From: Euglena gracilis
Taxonomy: Eukaryota
Length of the DNA stretch: 64,000 nucleotides
Assembly: GCA_039621445.1 (NCBI GenBank)
Contig: CP154954.1
Coordinates: 9,302,634 to 9,366,633, forward strand
Direction of reading: 5' to 3'
Part shown: positions 32,201-47,600 of the stretch, one piece after another
How the letters are laid out: each line of letters opens with the position of its first letter
Numbering within the stretch: position 1 is the first letter of the stretch
Made by a program: the position numbers and the translations under genes
Notes under the pieces: generated by a model
Seen by the model: the letters and a program-made list of their open reading frames with translations, nothing else
What the model was told of the DNA's origin: nothing
Database searches by the model: none

Positions 32201-32643
32201 GGGAGTTGGGCTTTTTAGGGGGCATCTGTTGGGGGGTGGCTGGAAAACGGCTGTTGGAACCCCTTTCCGGGGGCCCTGTATGGGGTCAAAATCGGTCCGG
32301 AGGGGCCGGCATGTGGGGCATAACCAGGCCACTTTGGGTCCCCCGTGGTTGGTTTGGGTCCCCGGGTGGGTCCGTGCAGTTCCCACCTCGTTTGCCTTTC
32401 CCTCCCAAATGCAAATTGCCCCTTTTTTCGAAAATTTTCGGCGATTTGCACTGAAAAAATTGGTCCAGCCCGCTTTGCAGGGCTGGCCCCAATTCTTTTT
32501 CGCGGACCCGGGGGGGGGGCAGGCCGGCTGGGAGCTGCTGGCTGGAACATTACCCCCCGAGGAGTTGCCACGACACGTCAGCGCCGGAGTGGACTCTTAA
32601 AACATGGCCAGGTAGCCGGTGGGGGACCCCGGCGACCAATCCC

Positions 32644-32674
<31 letters not shown>

Positions 32675-35600
32675 GTCAGCGGCGCTGCCTGGCCCAACAC
32701 GCACTGCTCCACCCGGCGGAGGGCGGGCAGCGTAGAGGCGGCGTCCAGCGACAGGGCCAGCCGCCGCCACAGCTCCCCCTCCGGCACGGCCTCCCCGCCA
32801 TCAGGGGGCTTCGACGCGCAGGGCAGACTCTGTTGACACATCTGTGGGGGTAAAATGGTTTGTCGTGCGGTTGCTGCTGCTGTTGTGATGCTGGTGTTTT
32901 TTTGTTAAACTGCTGTCCCTGCTGCTGACAGTTGGGGTTGCAACAAACAAAATAAATTTGTGGCAACGTCAACACCTTTTACAGATGAATGTCACGTTTG
33001 CAAATACTTTCACCTGCAAAAAAAAAACAGTTGAATCCGGCGACTGTTATCGTGGAGGCTGCGTTTTTCTTCCGGGGCAAAAAATTGCACACAAACACTC
33101 GCACGGATACGCATGCGCTCGCTGCTGTGACCCCCAGGGGCCGAAGCCCCCAGACGGCCGATGAGCTCCTCGCCAACCCCCAGCCCACCGGACTTCGGCG
33201 GGCGGGGCGGCGGCAGCACTGGCGTGCGGGGCGGGGCCAGCGGCTCTGCCGGGCGGGCAGCCCACCATTTGGGCTTCCACATGTGTTCCATGTGGTGGCA
33301 CGTTTCTGAGATTCAGTAAAAATAATTGTTTAATAAACAAATTTCAAAATAATTCTTTAATCAACAAATCTAAAAGTAATTCACAAATTTAAAAAAAAAT
33401 TCTTAAATTAACAAATTTAGAAATAATTGTGGTATTAACAAATTTAAAAATGATTGCTTCCTGTGTGAAATGGAGCAGGATTGTGCTTGTTTCGTCAGAG
33501 TGCGTTAAAATGGCCAGTGGCGATGTGACCGGAATGGGGGCTTGTTGCGTGGCAACCATCGAGCATTCCACCCTTTGCACATGAAACCTTGTTGAAGGGA
33601 TAATGCAATCAATTACAGACGACGTGACTGTTTTTTTGACAAATGGCTGTCCAAAATCTCAGGATTTCTGCTTGACAAGGGAAAATGTCTGTAACAAAAA
33701 CCCTCGACAGAAATGGAAGCAGGGGTGCGCTTGTGACAAACCACCACCTCTGGCGGAGGGGGTGCGCTTCCATTTGGACCCCATCTTTGTGACTCAATCC
33801 TTCAGATGTCCCGGCGTTTTTTTTTTCACTTTGAAAACAATGGCCCCCCAAAAACCCCACGCCTCACATTCACATGGTTCAAGCGCAACCCCCATTTAAA
33901 AAAAAAGGTTCAAAAAAATAGTAACTTCGACATTTTGATCGAATGGAAAACTGTAAAAAAAAAATCTGAAGCTCTTTAAAAGTCTGGGTCGGCAGGGAGG
34001 GGCAGGGAGAGGTGTTTTGATGAGGATGCACATCTGGTGCAATGTGTTCTTATAATACACATTTGCACATTTTTTTTTCATGGACAATCCTCAAAATGTG
34101 GTGTGTTTGCCTTTTACATAAACATCCCCAAATAGAAGTGCAGGGGCAACTACAAGCGCAGGGTCCAAATAAAAGCGTACCCCCCCACTGCCGTCGAAGG
34201 CAGCTTTCCGCCACAGCGCACCCCCCATATTGAAGAAGCGCACCTCCTGCCGCCAGAGGCGGCAGTCCGCAATAAGCGCACCCATGCTTGTCGCCAACCC
34301 CGTTTCATACCCCTCCCCTTTCATCGCCAACAGTTCGCCCCCCCCCCCCTACAGCAACACCAGCAGGAGCCCTGGACGGGTCCCCGGCCGCCGCCACAGG
34401 GTCGACCCCAATTGAGGCCGAAACGGTGGCGCTGCCCCGTCGGGCAGCCGAGGGCGGGCTGGGGGCGGCCGCACTGCCGGTGTCCACGGCAGGGGTGTGG
34501 AGGAGGGGGGGAGGGTGGTGGACCAGCAAATACTTCCAACAATGAATTGTTTGCTTTGAAATAGGAGGGGGGGTGCCAACATCGAACAGAAGTGGCTGAT
34601 TCCATTTTTGTGTCATCTGTTTGGTTGTCTTCCTGAAGCTGGGGGGGGGGGGGGGAGGATGACGCCGCTGTGAAGAGTGCTCACCTCATGGGAAGCCCAG
34701 CAAATCAAGGAAACAAGCCAAGCAAATCATACCCCAAAACAGGATGGACAATCATTCACCATGTGCGCGCGCATGTGTGTTTGCTGCTTTTTCTTGCCAC
34801 TGCTGCTGTTTGTTGCCAGCTTTCCAAAAAAATGACCAAAAATGCATGGGTTTCGGGCCAAAAAATGGGAGGTTGGAAGGTCGAGAAACGCTCATTCTCG
34901 GCTCGAAAACCGTTTTTCTGTTTTGGGTAAAAAAAAATTGAATTTCGACTTTTTGACCAGAAATGACCCAAAAAAAATGCATGGGTTTCAGGCCAAAAAC
35001 GTCTGAGCAGCGGCTCAATTCCCAGACGAGACCACCTTGGCCTCAGCGGGCACTCGGGTGATCCCCACCCCCTGGGCGGCCAGCTGGGACCGCTCCACTG
35101 CCTCCCAGTCCAGCAGGCGCTGCTGCAGCAAAGCCATCAGGATGCCGTTGCACTTCTCCACGTACGGCACCACGCGCGCCCGCACCCGCGCCCGTCGCCG
35201 GGGGGCAGGGCTTCAAGGTGGCGGAGGGGGACTTGGTTTGAGACCTCGTGACAGGAAAAAATGGTAATATGTTTAAAAACATTTATATTTGTAAATATTC
35301 AAAATATACTTAACGTATTGCTTTGATGATGGGGTTTCCTCTTATTCCAACAGGCAGCAGCTTTCTCACTGAGGTGCCTGCACACATCAACACACCATAC
35401 ATTTGCCTGCCATGTTGCATCCTATGTTGCACGCTGGAGATAAAAATTGAATTCGGCGCGTGCTATGTGCAGCTTTCCTACTCCAAAGATTTCAAACCCA
35501 TGCTATTGCTGCAGTGAGAGGCACGGACATCAGATCGTTTCTTCAGGGCCCGGGAAACCTATCCAGTTGCGAACCTTTTAACAGACTGTGTGTTGAACCC

Positions 35601-38600
35601 CTGGCCAGGGCCAAACAAAGCTAAGGAACCGGACAGAGGAGGAGATCAGGACACGGATGTCGTCCGTGACTGCCGACAGGTAGTCAATGCGGGCGTCAAT
35701 GAGCGTCCTCCGCGGGCGGCCGTTGAGAGCCACACGCACAAGTGTGAAATAACCCAGTGCAAAATGCTTCCCAACTCGTATCGTATGTGTGTATTGTCAT
35801 AAAACAGACAGCCAAAAATATGTGTGAGTGCATATGTGTGTGTCATGTGTGTGCATGTACGTGTGTGCGTGCGCGAGAGCGCGTGCGTGCGAGTGTGTGT
35901 GCGTCATAAATAATAATAGAATGCATACCTCCCCCGGCCGGGTCCAACAAAAAGTCCGGTGGAGAAAGTTGTGTTCCAGTCAGATGGTGTTCATTGGACC
36001 AGGGTGTTTGTTGGCATACGGAGGAGGAACGTACATTCACACATATGTGGCATATTTTCACATATCTACAGAGGTATGCATTAATATATTGCCACATTTT
36101 ATGCTGCATATGTACACATATATAAATATGTTTGCATATGCATATGGCCACACTTGGCGACACCTGAGACGTTGCTCTCCTCTCTACATGCTGCCCGGCC
36201 TCAATGCGGAGCATCGTCTTGGTGGACGCGTCCATCATGACGCAGCTGAGGTGCACCACTGCGTGCTGCTCGCCCTGTGGCAGCTCACAGAAGAAGAACA
36301 GCTGCCGCTCCTCGGGCCGCACCTCCACCCGCTGCCCCGAGCTTCCTGGACAGGTCTGCGTGCGTGTGTGTCTCTGTGTGTGCGATATTGTGCGGGTCAC
36401 GTCACTGACATGCTTCGCGTAATATATAATAAATATAAATATACATATATACATTATATATGTTATATATATATTATAAATATAAATACAACAAATATAA
36501 ATCCCCAAGAGGCATCCCACCTGAAGGGGTCTGGACCTCAAAGGCGGACCTCAAAGGCAAACCAAAAATGACAAAATCAAATTTGTGTACTCCAATATTA
36601 TGTAAACACACACGCGCAGGTACACACGTGGTTTTAACGCTTAGAATTAATACCTTGTACCCACCCCACCCAGGAAACTGTCGTCTGCCAAGTCAGCAAG
36701 TACAGATTTGGGTGACAGGTCCCTATAAGGCCCCTGGCTGACACAAAAATCCGAAAATGCCATTTTTTCACATACCTACAATCAGAGTCCGGATAAAAAT
36801 ATGTGCAATTTTTTTCAACTCGGGAAATGTGCTTTTCCAGTAAAAATTGTGGCAATTCTCAACTTTAATTAATTAAACCCCCCCAAATATAAAGCCCCCC
36901 AGGCTTTACATTTGGACGGGATTTCAAGACCCTCGGGGGGGGGGGGGGCTTTATATTTGGAGGGGGGGCTTTATATTTGGGGGGGGGGGGGATGAAACTT
37001 CTTCGGGTGGCCTCCATGACCTTTGGCTGCCTTCAATTGTGGCCATTTACCAATTTTATGCCATGTGTTATGTTGTGCACCTCCTCTCTCTGATGAATAA
37101 AAAAATGTTGTATCACCCAAAATTTTTCTGCTTTTTCCTCAATGACACCAGCGCCTGGCTCCATGTCAGGGGGGGTCTTATATTTGGGCGGCAAAAACAA
37201 ATCCCCTGGGGGGATTCACATTTGGGGGGTTATATTTGGGGGGAGGGGCTTATATTGGGGGGGGGGGTTAATATGGTCAGCGGGAACAAGGGTGGACAAC
37301 AGGTTCCCATGAGCACAGGTTAGCCTTAACAATAGATCAATTCCTCGGTGTTGACTATGCAAAATATTAAAATTATATTCCCACGCCCCTGGGGAACTGT
37401 CATGCCTGAGAACCTGCCAGGGTACCGCCAGGGAAACTGTCAGGTCTCCGATACCGGCCAACCTGCCAGGGTCATTTTTCATTGACTTTCACTTGAGATG
37501 TCCTCCCCAGGAAACCGTCAGGGTCCTTGGTACCGACCAACCTGTCATGATAGGAAGTTATCAGGGTCCCCAATACCGGCTGACCTGTCGGGTGAGAGCT
37601 TCCCAGGGGGGGGGATACCCCCCAGATTCTGTCCTCCCTGGGAAACTGTCCTCCCTGGGAAACTGTCCTCCACCCTCGTACCACAAAAGTACATCATAAA
37701 AAGGATAATTGATGATAGGAGGTCCGAGGTCCCTTAGCCATTAGCAACCAGGGAGGGCAGTTCAGGCTGTTATGTGGGTGGGGGGGGGGGGTCAGCAAAA
37801 GTAATCGTAAGGAATGGGCGTTTCTGGCATATCTGGAGCGCTTGCAGCTCTCATGGCCCAAAGCTGCACCGCTCCTTCATTAAAGTTTTGCAGTATGTGC
37901 TTAAGTTTAGTCCCACACTAGTGGATAATTCCAAAAGAATTTCGAAATTGTTACCAGTCGCAAAAAAAATGCCTGTGGATTGGCCACACATTCCTGTGCG
38001 TTCCATATCCATCTGCCATGTACCAGTGCGGGTCGGTCACAGAGGACACCATGCACGCAAAAAGGGGGTCCAATGGGTTGCCTTTAAACAAAAACACGAA
38101 TTCAGCCCAACCTCCTTTTCAAAACCATTTCCAGGAAAATCACCCGGCATTGCATTGCACGGCATACAGAACGGCATCAGACTGTATCAAATCACACCAA
38201 TACAGCACAACGACGTAGCAATACAAAACAATTCAAAAAAATACCCCCCCCCTTGTCTTAGCACCGGAAAAGATGGGTAAGAACTGGGGGGGTGGTGCTT
38301 ATTTTGCCAAAATATTGGTAAGAACCAGGGGGGTGGTGCTTAGACAAGGGGGAAATTCTTGACTGCAAAAAAAAAACCGGTGCTTCGCGCCGAAAAGGAA
38401 AAATTACCCTTATTTTGAGGTCCACTGTTGAACTTACACACATTTGGATGCAGAAATCAACAATACCTCACCAAATCAGGTCTCAGAAGTTGCAGAGATT
38501 TCGAACTTTTTGAGAAATTTCCCTTAAAAATGCACACAAAATAAAACCTCCCCGTGACGATGACCTTTAAAAAGATGGGCAAGAACCGGGGGGGTGGTGC

Positions 38601-41600
38601 TTAGACAAGGGTGGTGCTTAGACAAGGGGGGGGGGACAAAAAAAACTGAACACAACACAGCATTAAATGATACAACATCACACAATGAAGCACAACGAAG
38701 GACAAGGCAGAATGCAGTGCCATGCAACACAACAAAACGCAGCGCAGCACAATGCAACATAACACAACGTACCACAAATATTATATTGCAATGCAGAACA
38801 AACAACAGGAAATACAACACAACTCACAGCACTGTAATAAATCGCAAAATGAACTCTTCCAGCTCCTCTGTTGAACCAATGGAGCCGCCATACTCCACCG
38901 CGCTGGTAGGCACGTTCACGGCCGCCCTCTGGCCCCAGTCCAGCCGTCGACGGCCTCCTGCCACGGCCCAAAGTCCAGGCCACGAGCCCCGATCCGCTCG
39001 TGAAAGGCAGTCCACCGCTGGGCGCCGGATTCTGTCTCCGGGATCCAAATGTATTTTTTTTTTGGCGCCGTTGTGTGCAACACCGGACTAAATCACACAC
39101 CTGCCTGCCCAGCGACCGGGTTCCCACAACCGCAGACCAGGGGGGTGGTTGTACGCACCCCCTCACCTGCAACCCCTGACAGGGGGGTGGTCAATATTTG
39201 GGGGGTGTTTGGGGGCGGTAGTTGAAGTGTCCCACTTGTGTCAAAGAAAGGTAGAATGGCTTTTATTTGTCGCACACACCAAATGGTATGTATTCGAAAA
39301 AAAACGTGCATTCTCAGACCTCATTCAGTTGCATCGGTGCGCATATGTACTTTCTGTGCCACCATCAACATCAGAGCCCCCCCGGGGGGGGGGGGGGTTC
39401 TGACAGTCCAACCAGAAAAACACATTTGCAGGTGCTCGGCTGGGTCCATTCTGACCCCCCCAAAGCGGCCACCCCCACGCGGCGGCCAGGCCAGGAGGTC
39501 CTTTCCGCGGCGGGCGTCGCGGCCGCACAGCGCCTGGAATGTGGTGTTGAGCGTCGTCCCGGAGAGCCGCAGGCCGGTGGACGTGTCGGGCCGGCGCAGG
39601 AGAGCACCGAGGTCGGTGAAGGAACCGCCAGGCCGTGGCAATATCCTATTGTCTATACATGCATATATATATACATATATATACATATATATATATATAT
39701 GTATGTATGTATGTATGTGTGTATGTATTTATGTATGGATGTATGTATGTATACATATATATGTACATATATACAGACACGTTGTGTGTGTGTGTGTGTG
39801 TGTGTGTGTAGCAGAGCTGGGCAGGGATACGTAGACATACATGTACATATACATATGCATATGCACATGTATAAACGTATGTGCACCTTTTATACATATA
39901 TGCAGCAGAGCTGGCTAGGGTGCTGCTGTGTGAGGCTGAACTCGTGTACACACCACCACAGCCCATAAAATTAACATAGGCTTTTGGGCTTGGGGTTTTG
40001 ACTCAGGGCGGTCCTTAAGGGGAAAAAACCTCCAGCCGAGCACATTCAATGAAAAACCCACTGGGAAAAATGGCCAAAAAAATGCTATATTTTGGCAAAA
40101 AACGGGTCGACTTCGGGGGGAAAAGGCATCTGGCATACTTCGACCACAAGCCATCCACCCAAAACGTCCAGAAGAATAAGTTTTTGATGGTGTAATTTCT
40201 GATCCCATACAAGCCTCAGTTTAGCTCTTGGCCGTCCCTTAGGTCCTTAGGCCCTGAAGGCGGTCTTTGAGGGGCGGTGCTCACGCACTGCCCTGGGTTG
40301 AGTAAGCACCCACAACAACTCAGGGGTAAAAAAAAGTTGTTGGTACACTATATAAAAAAAAAAAAACAAAAAAAAAAAAAAAAAAAAAAAATCATAGGCA
40401 CAAACTATAAATTATTTCCTATGTACCACACACTACATACACATATATATACATTATATATCATACATAATATGCATCATACTCATACAATATACAGAAT
40501 CCATATGGATAGCATATCTGCATGTATGAACCTAAAAAAGCATAAAGTGCGCACAAAACACACATGCCGCCAACAGATGTGGGCCAGGGGGACATGAGCA
40601 GCGCCACATCGCCCATCGTTGCAGAGCGCGGCGGGAGAGGCGGGAAGCGTGGCAAGCAGCCACGCGTGTGGGGGACACGAGACTGCCGGGGGAGAGACCC
40701 GCACCGGCGGGGACGGCGGCGGGGGGTGGGGGGGGGGGGGGGGTGGGCAGGGTTGACGGGGCTTGTTCTCGAGGACCCCAGAGGGGAGAGGCCACCCACC
40801 CAACACGGACAGACCCTGCCAGGCGGGGGGGGTTCTCCCAGGGGGGCGGGCATCCCCCCAAACAAAACGGGCCGTCTAGGGCACTCCCCCCCCAAAAAAA
40901 TGCGGCGCTCTGCCCGAAACGTACTGGACCCACCCACCCACCCTCCCCCCTCCTCCCAGGGGGCTTCCGAGTGAAAAGAAACCTGGCTGGGGAGGGGGTT
41001 CAATCCCCACCCCGAGGTGGGGAAGATCAGTAGGAGCCCCCAACCAGGGGTTTTTAAAGACCGGGGGGGGTGTCCCCCCCACCCACCCTGGGGGGCCCCA
41101 GGTCCCTGCAGCAGGGAATTACACCCGGTTGCTCACCCGGCAGGCCGGAGCAACAAAAGGCACGGTGTAAGGGGTCCCTGGCCACTCACCACACAGCAAG
41201 CTGGGCCAGACGGAAGTCCGAGCCCCGGCCCTAAACAGACAGAGCCTTCGTGCAACTAAGGGGGGGGGAGGGGTCCAGGGGACAAAAAAATGGCCGAAAA
41301 AAAGCTAATAAAATGGCACTTTTTCAAAATGTTTTCGGCCCGAAAACATCAATCCCACCCCCCCGGGGAACTCCCCCCCCCCGTGGGGGCTCGGCCGGGG
41401 ACCCTTATCCCCTCCCCCCCCCCGGGCAGGTTCAGACTAAAAACCCCTGCCCAACCTCCATTCACACCACAACAGGAAAAATATATATTTCGGCCATATA
41501 AAAAAAATCGCCAATTCAAAGACAGTCGGCATTCAAGAAAAAGGGAAAGGGGTGGTGGTGGTGGTTTTGGGGCGGTTTCGGACCCACACCTTTGCCGTTC

Positions 41601-44600
41601 GCTGACACACTGCCCCGCGGCTTGAATTTTTTTTGTGAATTCCAACCTGCGACAATCTAAATTTACGTGTGTTTTCGGGTAATAGGTGACCGCATATCCA
41701 AAGTGCTTGAAAAGAATGCCCTGCTTTCCCAGGACCCCCCCCGTCCGAAAGGGAGGCTCCACACCCTGAGGGGGGAGGGGGGGGGGGGCTAGAGCCTCCC
41801 CCCACCCCCTGCGCAACGCCACACTCAATTTTTGCCACGCGGGGGGGAGGGGGGTGTCCCCCACGTCCCCCTGCCTGGGCCTCGAATGCGGCACATCCTG
41901 GACAGCCTCACCTGGGCCCGGGTGGTGCGCAGCGCCACAGAGGTGGGGGCCGGCCCCTCCGGCCACCACCTGGAGAATGACGCTCACGCCTCCCCTTGCC
42001 GTGCTGGGGCGCGGGAGCGGAGGGGGGGGGGGCACACCGTTACCGGGTGCAGCTGGCCTCGTCGCCCGCGGGCGGAGTCTTCAGTCTGTCTTCGATTTGC
42101 TTTCTGCCTTATGAACTTATATTTATAGTCTGTTAAACTTTAATATATACCATAATATTATACACAAAACGCCGTACCTCCTATAGGTTCAATCCTAATA
42201 ATAAATAATAATAAATATAATATAGATATAATAATTTAATAAGAATAATAATAAATAATGAATAATAATAAATAATATAATTCCTCATAAAACTCATATA
42301 ATATCCCTAATAATAATCCACAATAACTAAATAATAATAATAATAATGCTGTAGTTAATAGGATAAACATATAAGACCACACACTACAAAAAATAAGAAT
42401 GTACCAACACTATACAACAACATTAAGGATAATGAAGAAATAAATAACAAAAAATGAAGCATATTAGCTGGCTTGGCCGGAGATACATGTAAGTCATGAT
42501 TGTCCTTGGGGGGGCGGGGGAAAAATGCGGCGGGTCCTGGGGGGGGGGGGAGGGAGCACTATACCAGCTGCCGGGCTGGCCCCGGCTGGTACCCAAAAAA
42601 CAGAACACACTGCAGCTTGGATTTCTGGTGAAACTACCCCCCCCCTATGTCCCATACCGGTAAACCCTGTCCTCTGACCGAGCTGGAGGTGTGGCCGTTG
42701 GTACATGGGGATGAGTGACAAAAGCAGACCGGGGGGTGGGTCGTATGTGGCACAAGCTAGTCCGGGGGTCCGCAGGGTGGGTTCTTTTGTTGGATGGTAA
42801 AAGAAAGTGGGTGTTTCTCAGTCTTATACAGGTGGTGGGGGGGGGAGTGGTGGGTACAATGGGGTCAAAACACCCACAAATGCCCAAATCCTTCGCTTCG
42901 CCGAAAATTTATTTAATTCAAATGTTTTGTACATCCTGTCAAGGCATGGCCAAATTTTGGCCAATTTTTTGCTTACCTGGCAAATTTTTCCCCCGGGGTT
43001 CGCGCCGGGGAAAAATTTGGTCAAACTCCGAAAAGTTGTCTTTTGGCTCTTTAATGCACTGTCATGAAAGTCATTTGACAAGGTGTCATTGGACATAGGG
43101 GGGGGGGGAGGTAAATTACAAGGACATTGAAAGCATGAGGCTGGAAGGTGCGAAAACGTCATCTGGTATCCATATCCACAAATAGTGCTGGGATTCTGAG
43201 CAAACAAGCAGGAGATGATTTACTCTAGCATCTCGCTGCTGGGGGTCAAATCTCAAACTTGGAAATGGCAAAAGAAAGCTGAAACCAATGTCTGTCCCAT
43301 GCCAGAAAAGTGCTTTAAAAAAAAGGGCGGCAGCTTGGCCACCTGCTCCTCCTCCGCCAGCTCTCCCCTCGAACGACAGGCACGTTCCCTCTCCCGGCTG
43401 TTGGAGCGGCGGGACCTCATCTCCCCGACGTTCTTCCTCTGACGCTCATTGGAACATACCGCACGGACACGTGGAAGTGGGGCGCATTCCACAAGGGAAA
43501 GCTATTTCACTCTCTCCAGGGCTGGGGCATCGTCTATGGCAAACTAGGGGTCCTGGGGACCCTTATCGTCATAGTCTGGCAAATGTCGGACAATGGGTTT
43601 GCAACCATAGCCCATGGGAGTGAAAAAAAAGGAGCACCCATCACGGATATAGTGTCATTTTAAGCGCTTTCGCTCACTTTATTATTTTTATGCTTCTTAT
43701 ATTATATTATTTTATTTGTGTTGTCTTTAACCCCCTTTGCCCTTCCACTTTCATCTGTTTTTGGCCATTGTTAGGCAACTTTTGGTCGTTTTTGCATCTT
43801 TGGCCGTTTTTCAGGTCCTTCGGGCGCTGGCCGGCTACCAGCCAACCAGGGCAGACCGAGGGTCGCCACCAGGGCACATGGTTACCGGCGGGGATTTGTC
43901 ATCCGTTAATAATGGTTTATTATTTTATTTTTATTTTTTCCTGCACTTCTCCTTGTTTTTGGCCCTCATGCCCCACCTGTTGACCTCTTTTTGCGTTTTT
44001 TTTCCCCCACTTTTTCCCATTTTTTTTTTGCCTTCTTTTTCAGGTGTGGGGTTGTCCGGCCAGGGCCAGGAGACCTTCCGGCCTCTCCTTCATTCAACAC
44101 CACCCAGGAAATTTTCCCTCATCCCATTGCCTTCGTTTTTTTGCCCATCACTCCGCCCTCATCGACCTTTTTGCCCCACTTTTGCCCCACCCATTTTGGT
44201 GTGTCGTGTTTCTTTTCGACACGTTCAAGCAATCCCCCATGTTACCACAAAGGGACCAAGCAGTCAATCAACAAATAAGGCACGCCCCCGCCCACAACCA
44301 CCAAGCCCCCAGTGGCACAAAGCGGCCTCTAAGTGGGCAAGCCCAAACCGAGGCTGCAACAAATGGCACCACACAAAAGGATGTGTGGAAAAACCGTCTG
44401 AAACAAAAAAGAGCAAAGTGGCCAAAACTTGGCAAAAAAAAGTGGCCACTCCAAGCTCGCAACACCAAATCACTCAAGACTCAAGCAGAAAAGAGCAGTC
44501 AGCAGTCAACAATGTGGCCAAATGAATCAAAAAAAGTCAGCAAAAGTGGCCAGCCAGCAGTGAAAAGCATAAAAGGAACGGCCAAAAGTCGGTGTCCGAA

Positions 44601-47600
44601 AGCGGTCAATGCATTATGTATGTGCTCTGTGCACGTGTGCTGTGGTGCGTGCGTGTGAGGCGCTCCTGTGCACTTTCAATAATAATTGTGTAAACGTTGC
44701 AACTGTTGCCAAATGAACCAAGTGTTGCGCCCAATTGTTGTTAACAACAATTGGGCTCTGGACAAAATTTCTCAGCCACACAAACTGAGGAGGGTGAGGC
44801 ACAGATACAACTGACGCGAGCGTGCAAAACCCTGTCTTTTGTTGTTTGCCCACAAGCATAAGCTCATACAACGCACGTGCTCTTCAATAATGATGGTTGC
44901 TGCTGCTGCTGCTGCTGCTGCTGATGACGACGACCACAATGATACGATACAATGGGGACCCTGAGATCTATATCCCATCTTGCCACCTTGAAGAAACGAG
45001 TGCCTTTCAAAATCTTTTCCAGGCAGAGGCGTGTGCGGCGAGCGGTCCGACGATGGCCGGGCCTTGCTCGCCTTGGCATACTCCTTGGTGGCCGCCTCCG
45101 CCTTCTCCATCAGCAGCGCGTTGAACTTGTTGAGCTCCTTCCCCGCAGTGCTGCAACAAAAACGCGAACCAGCTGCGAGGAAGTTGCAGTGTGAAAGACC
45201 GAGAAAAATGCCTTTGAACCGTTTGGCACAGACCGTTGCGGTTCCGCAAGGGAGCTCGTTGGAGAAAAGATCAATCGGCAAAAAAAAAATGATTTTTTGA
45301 ATTCCAATATTTTTTTGAATTTCAAAAAAATGAATTTTTTGAATTTCAAAAACAATTGAAAGAAAATGAGTTTAACATCCCAAGCAAACGGAAGTTGGGG
45401 ATCGGAGGTTGTTTTTTCGAAATGGCGAAATCCAATTTGGTGAAGTGATATGAAATTGTTGCTGTCACGGAAGTGATATTGGCATCAGTTAGCCAGGCCC
45501 ACAGTGAAAAGAAAATGAAAGAAATGCATGAACGAACGAACAAATGATTGAATGAATGAATGGATGATTGAATGAATGAATGAATGAACGAACAAACAAA
45601 CAAACAAACAAACGAACAAACAAACAAACAAGCAAGCAAGCAAGCAAGCAAACAAACAAATGAATGAATGAATGCATAAATAAAACAAAAAAAGAAACAA
45701 AAGTGGGCGGGGAAGAGGCTTGTAACCAAACCTCACTAAAATTGCATCCATCAGCAATTTGTTATCATCTTCACTTGACCCTGACACTGACTCAAATCCT
45801 AAGTCAAGCCCCTCAAGTGCACAGTGGGCATATATGTATGGGGGCAAGGCGTCAGTGGTTGAAATAGTTGGGCTGGCTGGAAAGGGCTGACAACCAAGTG
45901 GGAGGATCCAAGGTGGACCAGAGCAAGAACGTGGTCGAAACTGATCTAAAAGAAAACTCAGGTTTGAGACCCAAACCATGTGTCTCCGTTGTTTTTGGGG
46001 AATTTATGAGGAACTATTTCTTTTCGCACCTGAGGTACAGGAAAGCCACGTGGCAAAACAACAAATTGCTTGTGCCATGAAAGGCGGTCAGTGCTTCATC
46101 AACTTGGAGATCCCATGTTCGTCCCTGGTGAGGTTATGTGCACACCTTCGGATGAGCCGCTGCATCACTGTCCGCTGTAAGAAGTGCACGTGGCTGTCAT
46201 ATGCCGGAGCTACAGGACTGATCGGGGAGAAAGAAAACTGGGGCACGTGGTGTGCAGTTCCATTTCTTGAAACCAGAGTTTCTTGAAGACAGACACAAAG
46301 CGGCGGCTGGCACAGGGCTGGGAAACCGTGCAGAACCCACGGGGAGAGTGCCACCTCCCCCCCCCTCCAGCACGCATGCCGCACGCATGGAAAAGCCATA
46401 CGGGGACCACAAGGCAAGGGGGGGGGGAAGAAAAGCCCAGCCGCCAAACAGACGGGAATCCACCAGGGGACAGGAGGCCAAGGGAGGGGGCAAGCAGGAA
46501 AGGCCAGGGAAACCCCAGTGGTGAAAGAGGGCCAAAGCAAAGGGAAAAATATATAATATGTATACATACATAAATATTTATATAATATATAAATATATAT
46601 ACAAATATATGCAAAAATATATAGAATAACATATAGAATAACATCCGATACAAAATCCGATACAAATATCCACCTCCTAACGACCAGGGACGAATCACGA
46701 GGTGGGACGGCGCCACTGCTGCACTGCCTCCCGAGCACTCCTGGCCAGAGCGACCCCCGCCTTTCCGTTGAGCGGCTCGTTGCCGGCCACGAAGCCCAGC
46801 TCCACCCGGAACGAAGTGCCGTACGGGGCCCCAGCAGGCCGCGGCATGCCTCGCATGCAACAGCGGGGTGCGGTGGAAGGCGGGGCACGTAAGGCCGGCC
46901 CGGGTGGAGTCTCATTTCCGACGGTCGACTCCATCCCAACTGCCAGGGTTGGGGCGGTACGGGCCGTCTGTTTACCTGGTGGGATTTTCCACCCTGGCCT
47001 GGGAGGTGGGGGCTCAGACCCAAGTTTGATGTAAGGGCAGATGGGACTTGGACCCCCCCCCTCCCGTTCCTTAAACAGCGGCGTCAAGGTGGCCGATTTT
47101 CGGCCCGGCGCAAGGCACAAGCGGCAGGTCGAATTTTTTTGCCAAAAGTGGCCGATAATGCCATTTTGGCATTTTGGCGGCATTTTGGCACCTTTTTCCG
47201 CAAACGTTGTTGGATGCTAAAATTTTTCACCCCCCACTTCCGGGCTTCCCATTCAGCCCTGCCTGGGGTCATCTCAAAGAGTAGTGAGAAGGGACAACCC
47301 AGGGAGGAAAAGAACCTTTTTCACGTTTTTCAAAAAGAAAATTTTGGAACCCCTCTCCAGGGAAGGTTGATGGGTGACTTGGTTGTGACGAATTTGGGCT
47401 GTTGAAATTGGGAATTGAAAAGAAGGCAACCCAGGTCGAGCACACACAATGCCAAAGCCTGGTCCCCTGGGGTACAGCTGCTATGCTGGACCACGAGCTT
47501 CGTGCCCTCCGGCGTGCGACAGAAGACAAAGAGCTGCCGCTCCAGCACTTGCACCACCCTCTTGGTCGAGGGCAGCCCAGTCTGGCTGGCAGGAAATAAG

